A stretch of DNA of 63,428 nt, counting the filler, from Cercozoa sp. M6MM (Eukaryota; Protista; Endomyxa: Ascetosporea): assembly GCA_040357565.1 (NCBI GenBank). It is 11 parts of 11 records of this genome, joined end to end, with 100 filler letters (N's around TTAATTAATTAA, not from the genome) between each part and the next. Parts side by side here need not be neighbours in the genome. Positions count along the whole stretch, not along the records: positions 30,490 to 39,838 come from JBDODJ010000487.1; positions 39,939 to 43,234 come from JBDODJ010001520.1; positions 43,335 to 47,668 come from JBDODJ010001167.1; positions 47,769 to 49,477 come from JBDODJ010001946.1; 7 more parts are not named here. One strand, 5' to 3'. The notes under the pieces are model-generated. The model saw only the letters and a list, made by a program, of their open reading frames with translations, was not told the DNA's origin and did no database searches. Below, piece after piece: positions 35,243 to 47,803 of the stretch. The position numbers were made by a program, and so were the translations under genes. Each line of letters starts with the position of its first letter. Position 1 is the stretch's first letter.

Positions 35243-36206
35243 ATGACGCGTCCCCTCAGTGACAATACGTTCTCCTTTCTCGTTAAATTGGTTTTAGTCG
35301 GCGACTCTGGGTGCGTTTCGCTGTGTGTTCTCTGTCTCTTCAAGATACGCGCGGATGTTTGCAGAGTTGGCAAGTCGCAGCTGCTCGCGCGTTTCACTCG
35401 AGGCGAGTTCTCACTCGAAAGCAAAACCACGATTGGTGTGGAGTTTGCGACGCGAACAGTTACCACAGATGACGGCGTACGGATCAAGGCGCAAGTTTGG
35501 GACACTGCTGGGCAGGTACTGTATAGCTCCTTGTGTTGTGCTGTTGTCTCTGTATGCCTATCTGTTGGCTTAGGAACGATATCGCGCCATCACGAGCGCT
35601 TTTTATCGAGGTGCGCTTGGTGCGCTGCTAGTTTACGACCTGACGAAGAGGAGTTCATTTATCAACGCGGCGAAGTGGCTGCGAGAGTTGCGCGAACACG
35701 CCGACGATCGTATTGTTGTCATGCTTTGCGGCAACAAGCGCGATTTAAAGCACTTGAGACAAGTCAGCACGTAGGTTCCTTCCGTTTCTCCCAGCCTTTT
35801 TTATTGCTTGTGTTTCCTGCAGCGACGAAGCGAAAGCGTTCGCGGATCAGCACGATTTGCTGTTTTTGGGTACGACTGTTCTCTGCTTTTGGATGGGTTT
35901 TTGAGAAACAATTTTTTCTGTAGAAACTAGTGCTCTCGACGCAACGAACGTAATTACACTCTGCTTTTTGAACTAATGTGCTTGAATTATTTTTTCCTGA
36001 CGGCAGGTTGACACGGCATTCGAGCGAATTGTTCATGAAGTTTTCGATGTGTTTTGCAAAAACGAACCGCAGCAAGCAAAGTCAGTTGCATTTTCTCAGG
36101 AGGAAACGTGGCAATTTTGGCATGTGCTTGTTTTTGTCGCAGCTTGGACCAAGTGGCCCCAGTTCGACTCGAATCTGAGGAAGAATCACGATGTTGCTCG
36201 TCCTGA
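35243..36206 (+). CDS. RAB11: Rab11-family small GTPase, 7 exons
   Basis: [52 protein letters not shown]-terminal CCSS-TGA. Confidence 0.93.
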
Positions 36207-36420
36207 TTGTCTTCCTGTCTTCGAATTCTGTTTTCGGTCCCGCCCGTTAAACTTTTGGGCTCGCAATCGTAGTCGTAGTCGAGCCGATTTCCCGGTTTGG
36301 TCATACGCGTACAGTACATGACATGCGATGACGGTCGAGTTGGCCGACTATTCAGGCTTTTGTTATAACGCAAACTGACAATACAATTTCAGCGCTAAAA
36401 GTTCCAACGCAATAACTGAA

Positions 36421-36500
36421 CGGACGATGGAAAGAGGGAATCGGCGCGCAAGCGGATCAGTTCGCGATCTTTGACTCGCGCGCGTCACGGCACGTCACAA
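36421..36500 (-). promoter_or_regulatory. SECIS element (type 2, GUGA core) in the SELENOH 3' UTR
   Basis: Minus strand GTGAC-GCGCGCGAGTC-AAA-GATC(gcgaact)GATC-C-GCTTGCGCGC-CGAT: UGA/GA quartet, 10-bp helix II, unpaired AAA, apical mini-stem; core 36440-36488. Confidence 0.85.
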
Positions 36501-36554
36501 ACACGTCACAGTTGTGTGTTTCAATTTTGCACACTGTCTCAGCAGCTTTGCCTT

Positions 36555-37393
36555 CTAGAGAAGCTTGATCGCCGAGGCAGCAATCTCTTGGATCTGTTCT
36601 TCCGAGGGGAACTACGGGAACAGGGAAAATACAATAAAAGCAGAAAATATAAAAGCTGTTGCTGCGGGAGACCTTGAGCCGACGCGGCGGTCCAAGACGG
36701 TGGCCAGACCACAGCAACTGCGGCGTTGCGTTCTTATGCGTGCACGCAAAAATCTCGAACGTCTTGGAACGTGATTTGATCGTGTTAATGTGAGTTTCCA
36801 CGTGCTCTGCAGAACACGCAAGTTTCACTTCCAGTTTCAAACAAAACTGAAAACTCCTGGCACCTTCGTTGTCAGGATCGTCAATTTTGAGGTGCTGCTT
36901 GACAGCCGCGTTAACGCCAGCCACACTGCCATGTTGAAAACAAGGTGTTCGCTTTGTTCTTGGTTAAGGGGGAGGCGGAGACGAATTAATAATCTGTACA
37001 CGGCCGAGGCGTTACGCGAGTAGACGCGTCAGCTGCGACAGTGCTCGATGAGCAGTTTCACAACATTTTCTTGTTCCACCGGCACCGCCAGGACCTCCTC
37101 TGACTGGTGCGGTTCCTAAACCACGGTCATGGATACTTACGACGTATACGGCAGAATATGAACAACACAATACAGTGGACACAGGCTTCGCAGTCGTTTT
37201 TGTGCCTTTCTTGGCTGCCGTCTTTTTGTTGGTCACCTTCTTGGTGACACGCTTCACCGGTGCGCTCTTCTTGGCGACTACTTTCTTCGCCGGCGCACCT
37301 GTCCAAAAAGACAACTGCCACAAAAGATGCCATATTGGAAACAATACCAGCTTTAGCCGAGACTTTTCCTCGGCTCCGTGTTGTAACAGGCAT
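36555..37393 (-). CDS. SELENOH: Selenoprotein H (Sec = TGA at 37029-37031), 6 exons
   Basis: LLIEHCRS-U-RVYSRNA (CxxU), KSRSKTFEI, LLWSGHRLGPPRRLKFP match SelH; SECIS downstream. Confidence 0.93.
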
Positions 37394-37566
37394 GGTGCAG
37401 CACGGGGCACACAGCAAGTGAACCAATCGGCACTGCTGGCCAAGCAAGTTATATGGGCTCAACTTGAGCCAGGGGAACTTCCTGCGCAGCACACGGCATT
37501 TAGAGGGTTTGTGGTGCTCGCTGTGTGAGTTACTGTCCATTTTAGTGAGCCAAGCTGCCTACAAAC

Positions 37567-38735
37567 ATGGCGAAAACTCGCTTCGAGTACGTCAAGGAAT
37601 TCGAGCAATCCGACGTCCTCCAGCGCAATTCATGGTTTGTGGTGCGCATTGATGGACACAAGTTCCACAGGTAAAAACCCTTCTTACCGCTGTGGTAGTT
37701 GGTTTGATTTTTGTTCAGGTTTTCGGATGTGCACGAGTTCGAGAAGCCGCACGACCTGCGTGCCGTGCAACTCATGAACGCAGCAGCGAGCGATGTGATG
37801 CGCGAATTTGGCGAGATTATCGTCGCTTTTGGCGAATCGGATGAGTTCAGGTGATTTTTTGTTTTGTTTTTCAGTTCGATCAGTTTGTTTTTTGTTTTGT
37901 TTTTGATCAGTTTCTTCTGTGTGCAGTTTTGTTTTCCGTCGTGACACACGCGCTTACAAGCGACGACGAGAGAAGTTGGTGACGCTGTGTGCGTCGTTGT
38001 TTGCGTCGAGTTTCGTTTACAACTGGAGTCGCTTTTTTCCGGAAACTGAGTTGCAGGTGAGTTGTTTTTTTTTTTGATTATTTTTAACATTGGACTGAAT
38101 TTAAAAAGAGCGCTTGTGTGTAGTACCCGCCGTCGTTCGATGCGCGCGCCGTGTGCTACCCGACGGATAGGAACATTCGCGATTACCTCAGCTGGCGACA
38201 GGCTGACACGCACATCAACTGTCAGTACAACAGTGCGTTTTGGTTGCTCGTCCAAAAAGGCGGCCTTTCTGGTATTTGTCTGTGTAATTTTAACCTCGTG
38301 GATTTATAGTGTTTTGGTATGCCCACAGCACGCGAAGCCGAGCAGCGACTCTGTGGCACTGTGACACAGGACAAGAACGAAATCATGTTTGAACTCGGAC
38401 TCAACTACAATGACGTGCCAGCCGTGTTTCGACGTGGTAGCACGTTGTTGTGGACGCGCAAACAGCAAGAGCAATCACAGAAAGACCAAGAAACTAGCAC
38501 TGAACAAGGTACGGGTTTTGTCGTATTTTCTTGTTACTGTGGCGTGACTTGTGATCGATCAGTTTTGACTGGCCCGGCAGGAGAAGCCGCAGACACTGCA
38601 GTGCGCCAGGAGAAGCAGAGTATGAGGAAAAAGGCGCGACGCCAGCTTGTGGTGCTGCACGATGACATCATTCGCGACGATTTCTGGCGGCGGCACGACG
38701 GCTTGATCCCGATTCCCGGACGACGTGATCCGTAG
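37567..38735 (+). CDS. THG1: tRNA(His) guanylyltransferase
   Basis: MAKTRFEYVKEFE, VVRIDGHKFHRF, FGESDEFSF, PPSFDAR, DYLSWRQADTHIN, FRRGS, LHDDIIRDDFW. Confidence 0.96.
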
Positions 38736-38745
38736 CCTGATTTAG

Positions 38746-39805
38746 TTAACCGTACTTCCCTACGCGACGGTTAGAGTCAGCGCATTCGGTGACAGTGTTT
38801 CTATAGTAATCAATAAAGCAGACGGGACAGGCAGAAACTTGAATTAGAGCAAGAGGTCCTCCTCGGGCATGTGCAACGGCAGAGCGGCCTGTTTTGCACC
38901 AGTCAAAACGAACAGAAAATAAAAGGCAAAGACACAAGCAAACTGATGCACTGAGTGTTACGTAATCGAAGTGCTTGCGGTTGTCCTCTCGCCATCCGAG
39001 CCACTGTACACACATAGGTTTTTTATTTATCAACAGGTTCTATATTAAAAAAACAGAAACTGGACTCACCTTGTCGGCGCGATCGAAGTTGTCGCGCAGG
39101 TACACGAGTCTCTCATGCAGCACCTACCGAAGAGAGGGGGTAAAGTAGGCAGAGAAAGGTAGAGGAAGGGGTAAAGACGCACCTCAAGCTGCGTCGGACG
39201 CACGAGACGGAAGTGGTAGATCATGCGCATCACTGCAGCAGACACAACAAAGGAATTATACCCCTCCCCCTTTACCCCTGCCCCCTGAGTGCAAGTAGAG
39301 CCTAGATACAGTCGCGGAAAGTGAGGTGCAGCGAAAGCTCGACTTGTGCGCCAAAGGCGGCCAGATCGTCAATGTGCCGATCGAAGATGTGCGCGTACAC
39401 ACGGAACAGCAGTTTGTACACGTGCCACATCTGCGCAGACATCACATCATACCCCCACTATACCCCCTGTTTCCTCCTACCTGTTGACGCAGGTCGTGCG
39501 GCAGACGCGCCGTGGTGCCGGCGCGACGCGGCCAGGCGTTGATGACGGCGTCGCAGGACTCGAGTGCATAGACACACCTATGTTAAGGTTGTTCTTTTGT
39601 GTTAAGGAGGTATTAAGGGATGGTTTTTTTAGGTGTTTTGTTAAGGAAGTACCACTGGAGTGCACTCACGTGCCGACTGTGCGGCAGCGGTACGCCATGC
39701 GGTCCCAGCTTGCTGGGCCACGTGCTGTCAAAGGCCGTCATGTCGTCGCACTCGCACACCTCGCCGCACATGGCCGCCAGCGACACGGCGTTGCTCGCGA
39801 AGCGA
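38746..39805 (-). CDS. MOB kinase-activator family protein, divergent (5' truncated; 3' end uncertain)
   Basis: KLLFRVYAHIFDRH matches the MOB signature RLFRVYAHIY..H; upstream C.C..M.A and downstream F.LV...LE.L. Confidence 0.72.
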
Positions 39806-39938
39806 CTGCACCGTTACACTCCCTCTCTTTACCCCCCCNNNNNNNNNNNNNNNNNNNNNNNNNNNNNNNNNNNNNNNNNNNNTTAATTAATTAANNNNNN
39901 NNNNNNNNNNNNNNNNNNNNNNNNNNNNNNNNNNNNNN

Positions 39939-39987
<49 letters not shown>

Positions 39988-40029
39988 AATCACTCTTGTT
40001 GCGTCCAAAACTTCAATCTGCCGCTTCTG

Positions 40030-40265
40030 CTCCAAGCGACCTCTTAAGATTTGACGTTCGATCGTCTCCTATAAAACTAGAGTCCATCGAAAAACCAAAA
40101 CATGTTGCTGAGGAAAAGGTATACAGCGATTTTTTGAGCCACGACTACGCTCTTATGCTCCTTGCCCCAACCAGTCTTTGACAGACGCAGCGTGAGCACA
40201 AACTCAATGCCGTCAAAGTTGTCGCGGCCCGCAGTTTCCATCAGTTGCGACACACCGCACATCAA

Positions 40266-40314
<49 letters not shown>

Positions 40315-40324
40315 NNNNNNNNNN

Positions 40325-40373
<49 letters not shown>

Positions 40374-43196
40374 GTGCACACACACACACACGCGTGCACA
40401 CACGGTGATAGGAAATGGCGCGTGCCATGACACAACGGCTGCGACTGTCACCTGCTGACTTTGAGCACTCCGAAGGTAGCGATTTTCGCTGACAGAGTCG
40501 AGATGTGCACAACAGTGTGAACATGCAGTGCATCTGCCGGTGAGTCGAATTCGCATTTGGACGCGCCTTCCTTCGTCGTACATCTTACATACCATGGAGG
40601 GAGGGTATACGATAAATACGTTATGATTTCTTGTCTTTCACTTTAGCGACACCACGTCCATGTTACCTCTGCGCTTTGTGAACAACGGTGCCAATTCCTA
40701 CCTGCAAGGTACTGCTTTCTAAGATTCAACTGTTTCAGCTGGACTGGGAGTTGTTTTACAGCAAGACACGCCAAGTTGGAGAGTGCATTTGCTTTGCGCA
40801 AGTTTGTTTCGCACATGACTCAGTGGCAGGCATGCTTTTTTGTCTCTCTGCCTGTCTGTGTTCATCAACATGCTTATATTTTACACAGTGGCTGGCAAGT
40901 CGCAAGCACACTCTCGAGTTGCAGGCTTTGACGACTGGAACTTTTAGTGTAAATACTCTCACGTGCACGCGCCGGTGTATTATGCGTTGATATATTTCTT
41001 TAGAAACAACTAGAGGATGCTGCAATCCACTTGACAGTTGCGACAGATCAAATGATGATGAGAAAACCGTCATCGACACCGTCGCATATGACGCTGCCCA
41101 CAGCGACGCTGCAAGCACGTGTTGTCAGTAGCACGGCAAAAGACAGCTTTCACATTGAGGTAAACTAGGATCTACTTTCTCGTCTCTGTACACCTAGTTT
41201 CGATGCCCACGTGCAGGCGCACGCGATGGTTTTGCAAACCAACGCACTTGGCACACCGTCGTTGCAGGATCTTTTGGTGTACAACAACGTCAACAATCAC
41301 CAAGAGAGAGGTGGAATCTCTTTCTTTCTTTAGTTTGTTGCGTTGGGATATGACAGTATGTACACCTTGAACAGGTGTCGTTGTGGAGGCAACATTTGTA
41401 GCCTCGACTCCTGCTTGTGCGAGGCTGCATGTGGTCCTCACCGACGGTGCTTCTGACCGTATCGTTGTGACAGATGCACGTGACAGAGCGGTACTACACC
41501 TGACTGGTCACGGTCTGTGCCAACCAACTGGCGACGAAGAGGAGGAGGAGGCCCTCAAGGTGACAGTCTCGGCGCATATCTTACTGTCGTTAATCTCAAA
41601 CGCAACCGCCGAAGTTGTCGATAGCAACCCGTCGAAACAAACAGTGAAAGTTGTCGATGCACTGAAGCCTGCCCACGATCCCGTTCCGGTAGCTACCCCC
41701 GGGGGGGGGGGGGGGTGGGTATTTTTCGTGTCTCATGGTGAGAATGGTTCGCAGTCGCGACTAAACTGGTCCTTCGTACTGCCACCGCGGTACCGAACGG
41801 CTCGCTCGAAACATGAGCGTCGGTTGCTACTGACTATACCGATGGATTCCGACTTTTCGATGCTTTTGAACTTCGACTTTTCGCACGGTGTTGGGTACAT
41901 TTCAGTTTCGATTGGTTTCGCTGAAATGTATTAGAAAGCTATGCTTTGCAGAAAAATTTCACTGGAGAAAACTGCGGATGCGCTGGTGGCAACACTGGAC
42001 ATCGAGACCGAGGCCGTAGTTTTGCACTCATGGAACTGATGTATGCAAGTGTCGCACTAAAATCCGCTGTGCAGATAATGCTGCAAGTCAAGATTGGCAT
42101 CAATGTCGTTCATCGAATTTGTATCTTTGGGTTTTCTGGGACTCGGGGGGGGGGCCCCCCCCGGCGGGGCGGCGCAGCAGTAAATAACTCACCTGGCTGC
42201 GCTGGATAGGCTTCCACTTCAAAGCCAAGTCCGACATTCCCGTACGATCCAACTTCGTCTCTTGTTGAGTGTTGGACAAGATAGGTTTTACACTTTTGGG
42301 GCAGAATCTGAAGGAGGTGCACAGCGCCGAGCGACGCGCGAACTCGGTTCTCTCGCTGGATTCCGATTTGGGTAATTCTAAAGCGTCAAAAGGGAGGGAG
42401 GAGGAAAGAGTACGAGGGGGTTGAGTGGCAAAGCCTTGGCCCCCGAGCTAATAAAATGTACAGTACTCAAGTGGTCTTTGTTGTGCTTTAGGCATAGGGA
42501 GTGAACTGACGCCCTCTGATCCCAGTGGCAAAAACGCTGCCTCTGTAGTTTGTTTCATAGTCTGCACTGGAACCATCGCGCGTTTGTTCGATTTGTTGCT
42601 GCTTTGTAGCACCGGGAGCTTCGCATTGGAATCCGCGATGTTGTCGCAAGTCTAGCCGGAGAGAAGTTATCGGTAAAGCATCGTCTTCCCGTCCCCTTAT
42701 CAGGCTACAGCTCTACAAACTGCCCCCCCCCCCCCCGCACCCCCGTAGGCGAACGCGATGATGGTTGCCAGTGCCACTCGTGCACTGTCCAAGCGAGTAC
42801 TGGCTCGGCTCGACAAGGTGAGGCCAAACGCGTGACTGCCAACATTTTAATGTGACGCTGAGGAGAGGTGTTGCGGTATGTGGGCAGGCTGAGGTCCCCG
42901 AGTTACCAGACGTAACCCCGGATGTACGTGGTGGTGTCCCAGGTGGTCTCTTTCTGCCAAAATGTGCGGAACTTCGCGTCGGGAAAATGTCCGTGCTGTT
43001 GCGCACTGCCACAAAGGAGTACGTTTCGTTGAGTCCAAGCACTGACGTACGACAAGCAGTTGCATCCGATGACGTCAGCGTAAGAGAGATCTTGTTCGAC
43101 CTTTTATTGTCTCTGGATTGCGCACGATGCTGTGCCCTTGCAGACGCAATACTGGACAGGCAATGTGCTGTTCCCGCCCAGTATCGAGCCTCACGG
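40030..43196 (+). CDS. One or more multi-exon hypothetical genes (partial)
   Basis: Successive GT-AG-bounded coding-like segments (e.g. 41374-41688, 42610-42672, 42749-42817, 42888-42923); no family recognised. Confidence 0.4.
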
Positions 43197-43840
43197 GTAG
43201 TGCAGCGTTTTCTTTTGGGGGGGGGGGGGGGGGGNNNNNNNNNNNNNNNNNNNNNNNNNNNNNNNNNNNNNNNNNNNNTTAATTAATTAANNNNNNNNNN
43301 NNNNNNNNNNNNNNNNNNNNNNNNNNNNNNNNNNCTCTGTTATGTCCTTCGCTCCCTCCCTACGCGCGAGGTTATCTCCGCCCCCCCGGCAGGGCATTGC
43401 GTCGCCACTGGCCGGAGTGCCGCGCTCGCGTGCCTACAAGAACGCACGCGCGCAGCTTGACGCCGCCTTGGCCGATGTGTTTGACTTCTGAGTGACCAAC
43501 GGCGTCCCAGCGGACCCGAATCATTGTGATTTTTTGACTTATTGTGATTACTAGTAAACTGCACCTCACACACTTTACTAGTACCAATACCGCGAGACAA
43601 TCTGTTTGGGCACAGTAGAGCGTGCAAGAACCAGGCAAACTGATCGCAGCGTAGCCACACCGGGAAGCTGGCGCCGACCAAACTCGATCCGACAGAGTGC
43701 CAGCAAGGTTAGCGGTGGCGTGTGTTGCACGCAACTCCACAGGGTGCCATCGCAGCAGTCTAATTGTAGACTCAATTTCACTCGGGGAGTGCGCGGCGCG
43801 AGAAAGTTATTCCGGGCGGACACGTGGTTGCTGACTCGCC

Positions 43841-46800
43841 ATGTCGGTGGAGCAAGTACTGCAAGCCGTGCGCGTGGCGCTGCATGAGGTGCCCGCCGAC
43901 GAGAGTACGCGACGACAGGCGTTGCAGTTCCTACAGCACCTGCGCTCCAATGCCTCGCAGCTGCTCGAGTTCGGCGCCACTCTCGCGCAGCGCAGCTACG
44001 GCGACGGCGTGCGCATCTCGGCGCTTCGCATGCTCAGCGACGTTTGCAAGTGCAGTCCCGACGCTTCTGTCTCATCACGCCTGCACGAGACTGTGCTTCG
44101 CATCGGTAGTTAAGGCTTTGATTTCGAGTGCAAAGCTTTTGTTTCGGGTGATTTCAAAGTACATAAGAGCCTTTTTGATTGTACAGGTGTAAAGTTTTGA
44201 AATTTAATCGCTTTATTTCGAAATTGAGAGCTTTGATTTCGAAATTGAAAGCTTTGGTTTCGAAATTGAAAGCTTTTGGCGAGCATTTCGCAATGCTAGT
44301 GCTTTGGTGTGAAATATCGTATGCATTATGGTGTTGGGTAGCGTGCGAGGTGAGCGACGCCGAGCAGCAGCAGCAGGAGTCGCGCGCGCTGACGGAGCGC
44401 GCTGCTGCTGTGGTGGTTGACGTGATGAAGTACCAGTGGCCGCACCAGTGGCCGGACCTGCTGCCACAGGTGCTCTCGCTGGCGAATCGGCACGCGGCCG
44501 GTGTGCTCATGGCACTGCGCATCCTGCGAGAAGCTGTGAAGGAGCCCGACGTCGCTCTCGACATTGGCGAAGTGCGACGCTCGCAGCTGCACCGCGCACT
44601 CGGCGATCAGTCGCCGCTCGTGCTGTCCTTCTTGTGTCAGCTGCTCGCTCAGCACGTACGCTTCGCTTTCGCTTTGTTTCGCTTTGTTTCACTGTGTTTT
44701 GCTCTGTTTCGCTTGTTTCACTTTTGCTTTAATTTCGCTTTGCTTTCGCTTTAGTTTCGCTTTGATTTTGGCAGGAACAAATGCCGGCGAAAATGCTGGA
44801 AGAGGCGCTCCAATGTACGGCCAGGTGGCTGAAAAACGCGCCGCTCTTCGTTTTGTTCAAAAGTGGACTAATCGAGGCTTTTTGTGCCGGTAAAATTAAT
44901 TTTTATTCTATTTTGCATTTTTCGAGAAACGCGCGTTTCTTGCAGTTGCAAAACCCCAGACGTTGACGGCGATTCTGCCGTGTTTTGAGTCGTTTTTTGG
45001 TCGTCACATCAAGGATATCGTGGACCATGCGACACAGGAGAGTGTGGACCCTCGTCCGCAGTACCTGGGTTTGTTTTTGTTTTGTTTTGGTTTGTTTTTG
45101 ATTTTACTAGCGAGAAACGCGTTTTCGGTAGGTGCGATGCACTGCCTGCTGCAGCTGCTACGCAGCACGCTGTTGCCGCATATGGATATTGCCCTGAGCG
45201 GGCAGAGCGTGCCGCAGCAGGCGTCGGCGATGAGCAACTTTGACGACAACGACATTCGCATCGCAGCGCAAACGCTCAGCGATCTTGTGCTGAGCAACGG
45301 ACTCAAATACCTCGCCGACGACGCCGCCGTTCCGCTTCGTGCGCCGGTGTTCGGAGCACTTCTCGCGATGATCGACACTCACGTAGGCTTTTTTAGCTGC
45401 GACGTTTTGAGTTGCGACGTTTTGAGTTGCGACGTTTTGAGTTGCGAAGTTTTGAGTTAAGTTGAGTGTGAGTTGAGTGTGAGTGTGCGAGAGCAGAAGT
45501 TTGCGCCGTCGCAACGAGCAGCCACGGCGCTGTGCCAGGCACTCAAGGAGGACAACGCAAAGCTGTTGGACGATGCGGCCGAGGACACGCTCGCGACGGC
45601 GGCGGTTCAGGTCATGAGTCGTCGCGCCTGCAAGCGCCGCTTCGACGAAGACGAGTTCGACGATCGTGAGCAGATGGATAAGGTACTCGGTCTCAAATCA
45701 TAGCTTTCGTTTTTGTTTGCTTCGTGAGTTGCTTTGCTTTGCTTCGTGAGTTGCTTCGTGAGTTGCTTTGTGAGTTGCTTTATGAGTTGCTTTGCGTTGC
45801 TTTAAAAGGATTTCGGTGCCTATCGCGCGGCGTGTTTCCCGCTGATTCGAGAGTGCGCGAACCGTGCTCCATTGGCATCGCTGCGAGCAGTTCATGCACT
45901 TCTCACTCGCGTCTTCTCAGCGCCGATTGACGGTTTGTTGGGTTTTGTATCCCCCTCACCCCCCTTGTTAGTTGCTGTGTGTAGAAGCCAATCCACTGGG
46001 ATTTGCCACGTTGAAAAGCGAGTGTTATCGACAGTGCGAAAATGCGGTTTGCATTCTTAAGAACGCGTTGCTCGGCGTCGATCTGGCATTGAAGGATTCC
46101 AAACTGCAGGTATGGTTGCTCGTTCTGTGAGATGAGATACCTCGAGCGGCTACAGGCGGAGTTGAAAGCGTCGGATGCAGCGACGCGAGGCAAGGTGCCA
46201 TTTTTGGACTCTGCGAGGGAACGTCGTCTCGACGGTAAGTTAGTTGGATTCTTTCATTCTTTCATTTTTGACTGGAGAATGCACCTTGCTCACAGAGGCG
46301 ACTCAGGTGGCCCTAGTGACACAGATGCGCAAGACGTTGCATTTCTTGCTCGGAATCAACACCGAGGATGCTCTAATCGAGGTACAGTTGGTTTTATTTT
46401 AGTTTCTTCAGAATTTGCGTTTCTCCAAAATTTGCGTTTGCGTTTCTCCAATACAAGAATATTATGCGAAATAAACGTAATTTGTGCAGGGCCGCCGTCT
46501 GCACGCACTGTCGTTGTTCACGACGCTGTTCCAGGTGAATGGCGAGGACTGTGCCAGTGCCGTGTCGGCTTTGTTGCAAAAATGCGGTTGGACACCGGCT
46601 GCGTACAAGCGACTCTCGCAGATGCCTCAAGACAACAAGCAAGTAAGTGTCGATGCTCTGTTTGCTCTTACTCCCCCGTTTACTTGCCTTTAACTCCTGT
46701 CTTTCACTCTTGCACAGGTACAATCGTGCCACTGCGATCTGTCGCAAGCGAGACGACGCGCGTGCTACAGTCTCGTCGGCATCGGCAAACACAGCGGCGA

Positions 46801-47576
46801 GGCCGTGCTGCGCTCGTGCTTTGCACAGGCGCTGCGACAGGTCGAGTTGCTGCTGGACTCGCCGATGTCCGAGCAGAACAAAGCTTTGTTGCTCGAGTTC
46901 TGCGTCTCTGTTGCCAACGCTATGCGAGAGCCGGCTCAACAGGTGCGTTTCTTCGCTTGCTTTTGCTTTGTTTCACGAGCTTTCGCTTTGTTTCACGAGC
47001 GCTTTGTTTCACGAGCTTTCGCTTTGTTTTCGCGGGCTTTCGCTTTGTTTTCGCTTAATTTCGAGTGATTTCACTTGCTTCCGCTGTGTGTTTTCAATTG
47101 CTTTTCGTGTCTTTTCCTTGTTTTCAGCTTTTCACAAGTCGCGAGGTTGCTTTGTGCAGGCGCAGTTCGTGCAGCAAGTGCTGGCGCAGCCGACGCAAAA
47201 CTGGCAAGCGATGCAGGCACTCCTGCAGGACGATAACGCTGTCGTGCGTCTTATCGAAGGTACCTTAACCTTGGAAGCTTCGAAACAGCCTCAAAGCCGA
47301 GGCGAAAGTTTGAAAAGGTTTTAAAGCTGAAGTGAAAGCTTGAAAAAGCCCAAAGCTAAAGCGAAATTTGGGGAAAATGCTCAAAAAGTTTAAGCCTTAA
47401 AGCAAAACAAAAAGCGAAAAAATGTTGCGTTGCAGACGACGCGCTGCAGGCGCAGCGAGCCAAGATTCGCGGCTGCTTGTCGACGTTTGTCGCCGTGTTT
47501 CGCGCGCAGGCACGCTTCATGCAGCAGACGCGCTACGCGAGTGAGAGTGCGCCGGGCTGGTCGCTCATGCAGCAGT
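43841..47576 (+). CDS. Importin-beta superfamily exportin, exportin-5-like (3' truncated)
   Basis: IBN-N-like start (TRRQALQFLQHLR), VVDVMKYQWPHQWPDLL, RRSQLHRAL, FDEDEFDD; HEAT-like helices throughout. Confidence 0.72.
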
Positions 47577-47803
47577 GTAGTTTCACCCCCCCCCCCCATT
47601 ACCCCCCTTCACCCCCTGTTTCCCCGTTTACCCCCTCTTCACCTATTTACCCCCTATTTACCCCCCCCNNNNNNNNNNNNNNNNNNNNNNNNNNNNNNNN
47701 NNNNNNNNNNNNTTAATTAATTAANNNNNNNNNNNNNNNNNNNNNNNNNNNNNNNNNNNNNNNNNNNNCCCCCCCCCCCCCCACTTTACCCTCTCGCGTG
47801 GCA

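Noticed and set aside
37029-37031. Genome-wide stop-codon reassignment
   Set aside because: TAA, TAG and TGA all end conserved genes (e.g. 3310, 38735, 36206) and Trp uses TGG; this UGA is explained by Sec plus SECIS.
37542-38255. Long ORF-track entries such as 37542-38255(-), 7545-8138(+), 51383-52069(+), 48650-49207(+)
   Set aside because: Antisense shadows of real genes or read-through of low-complexity introns.
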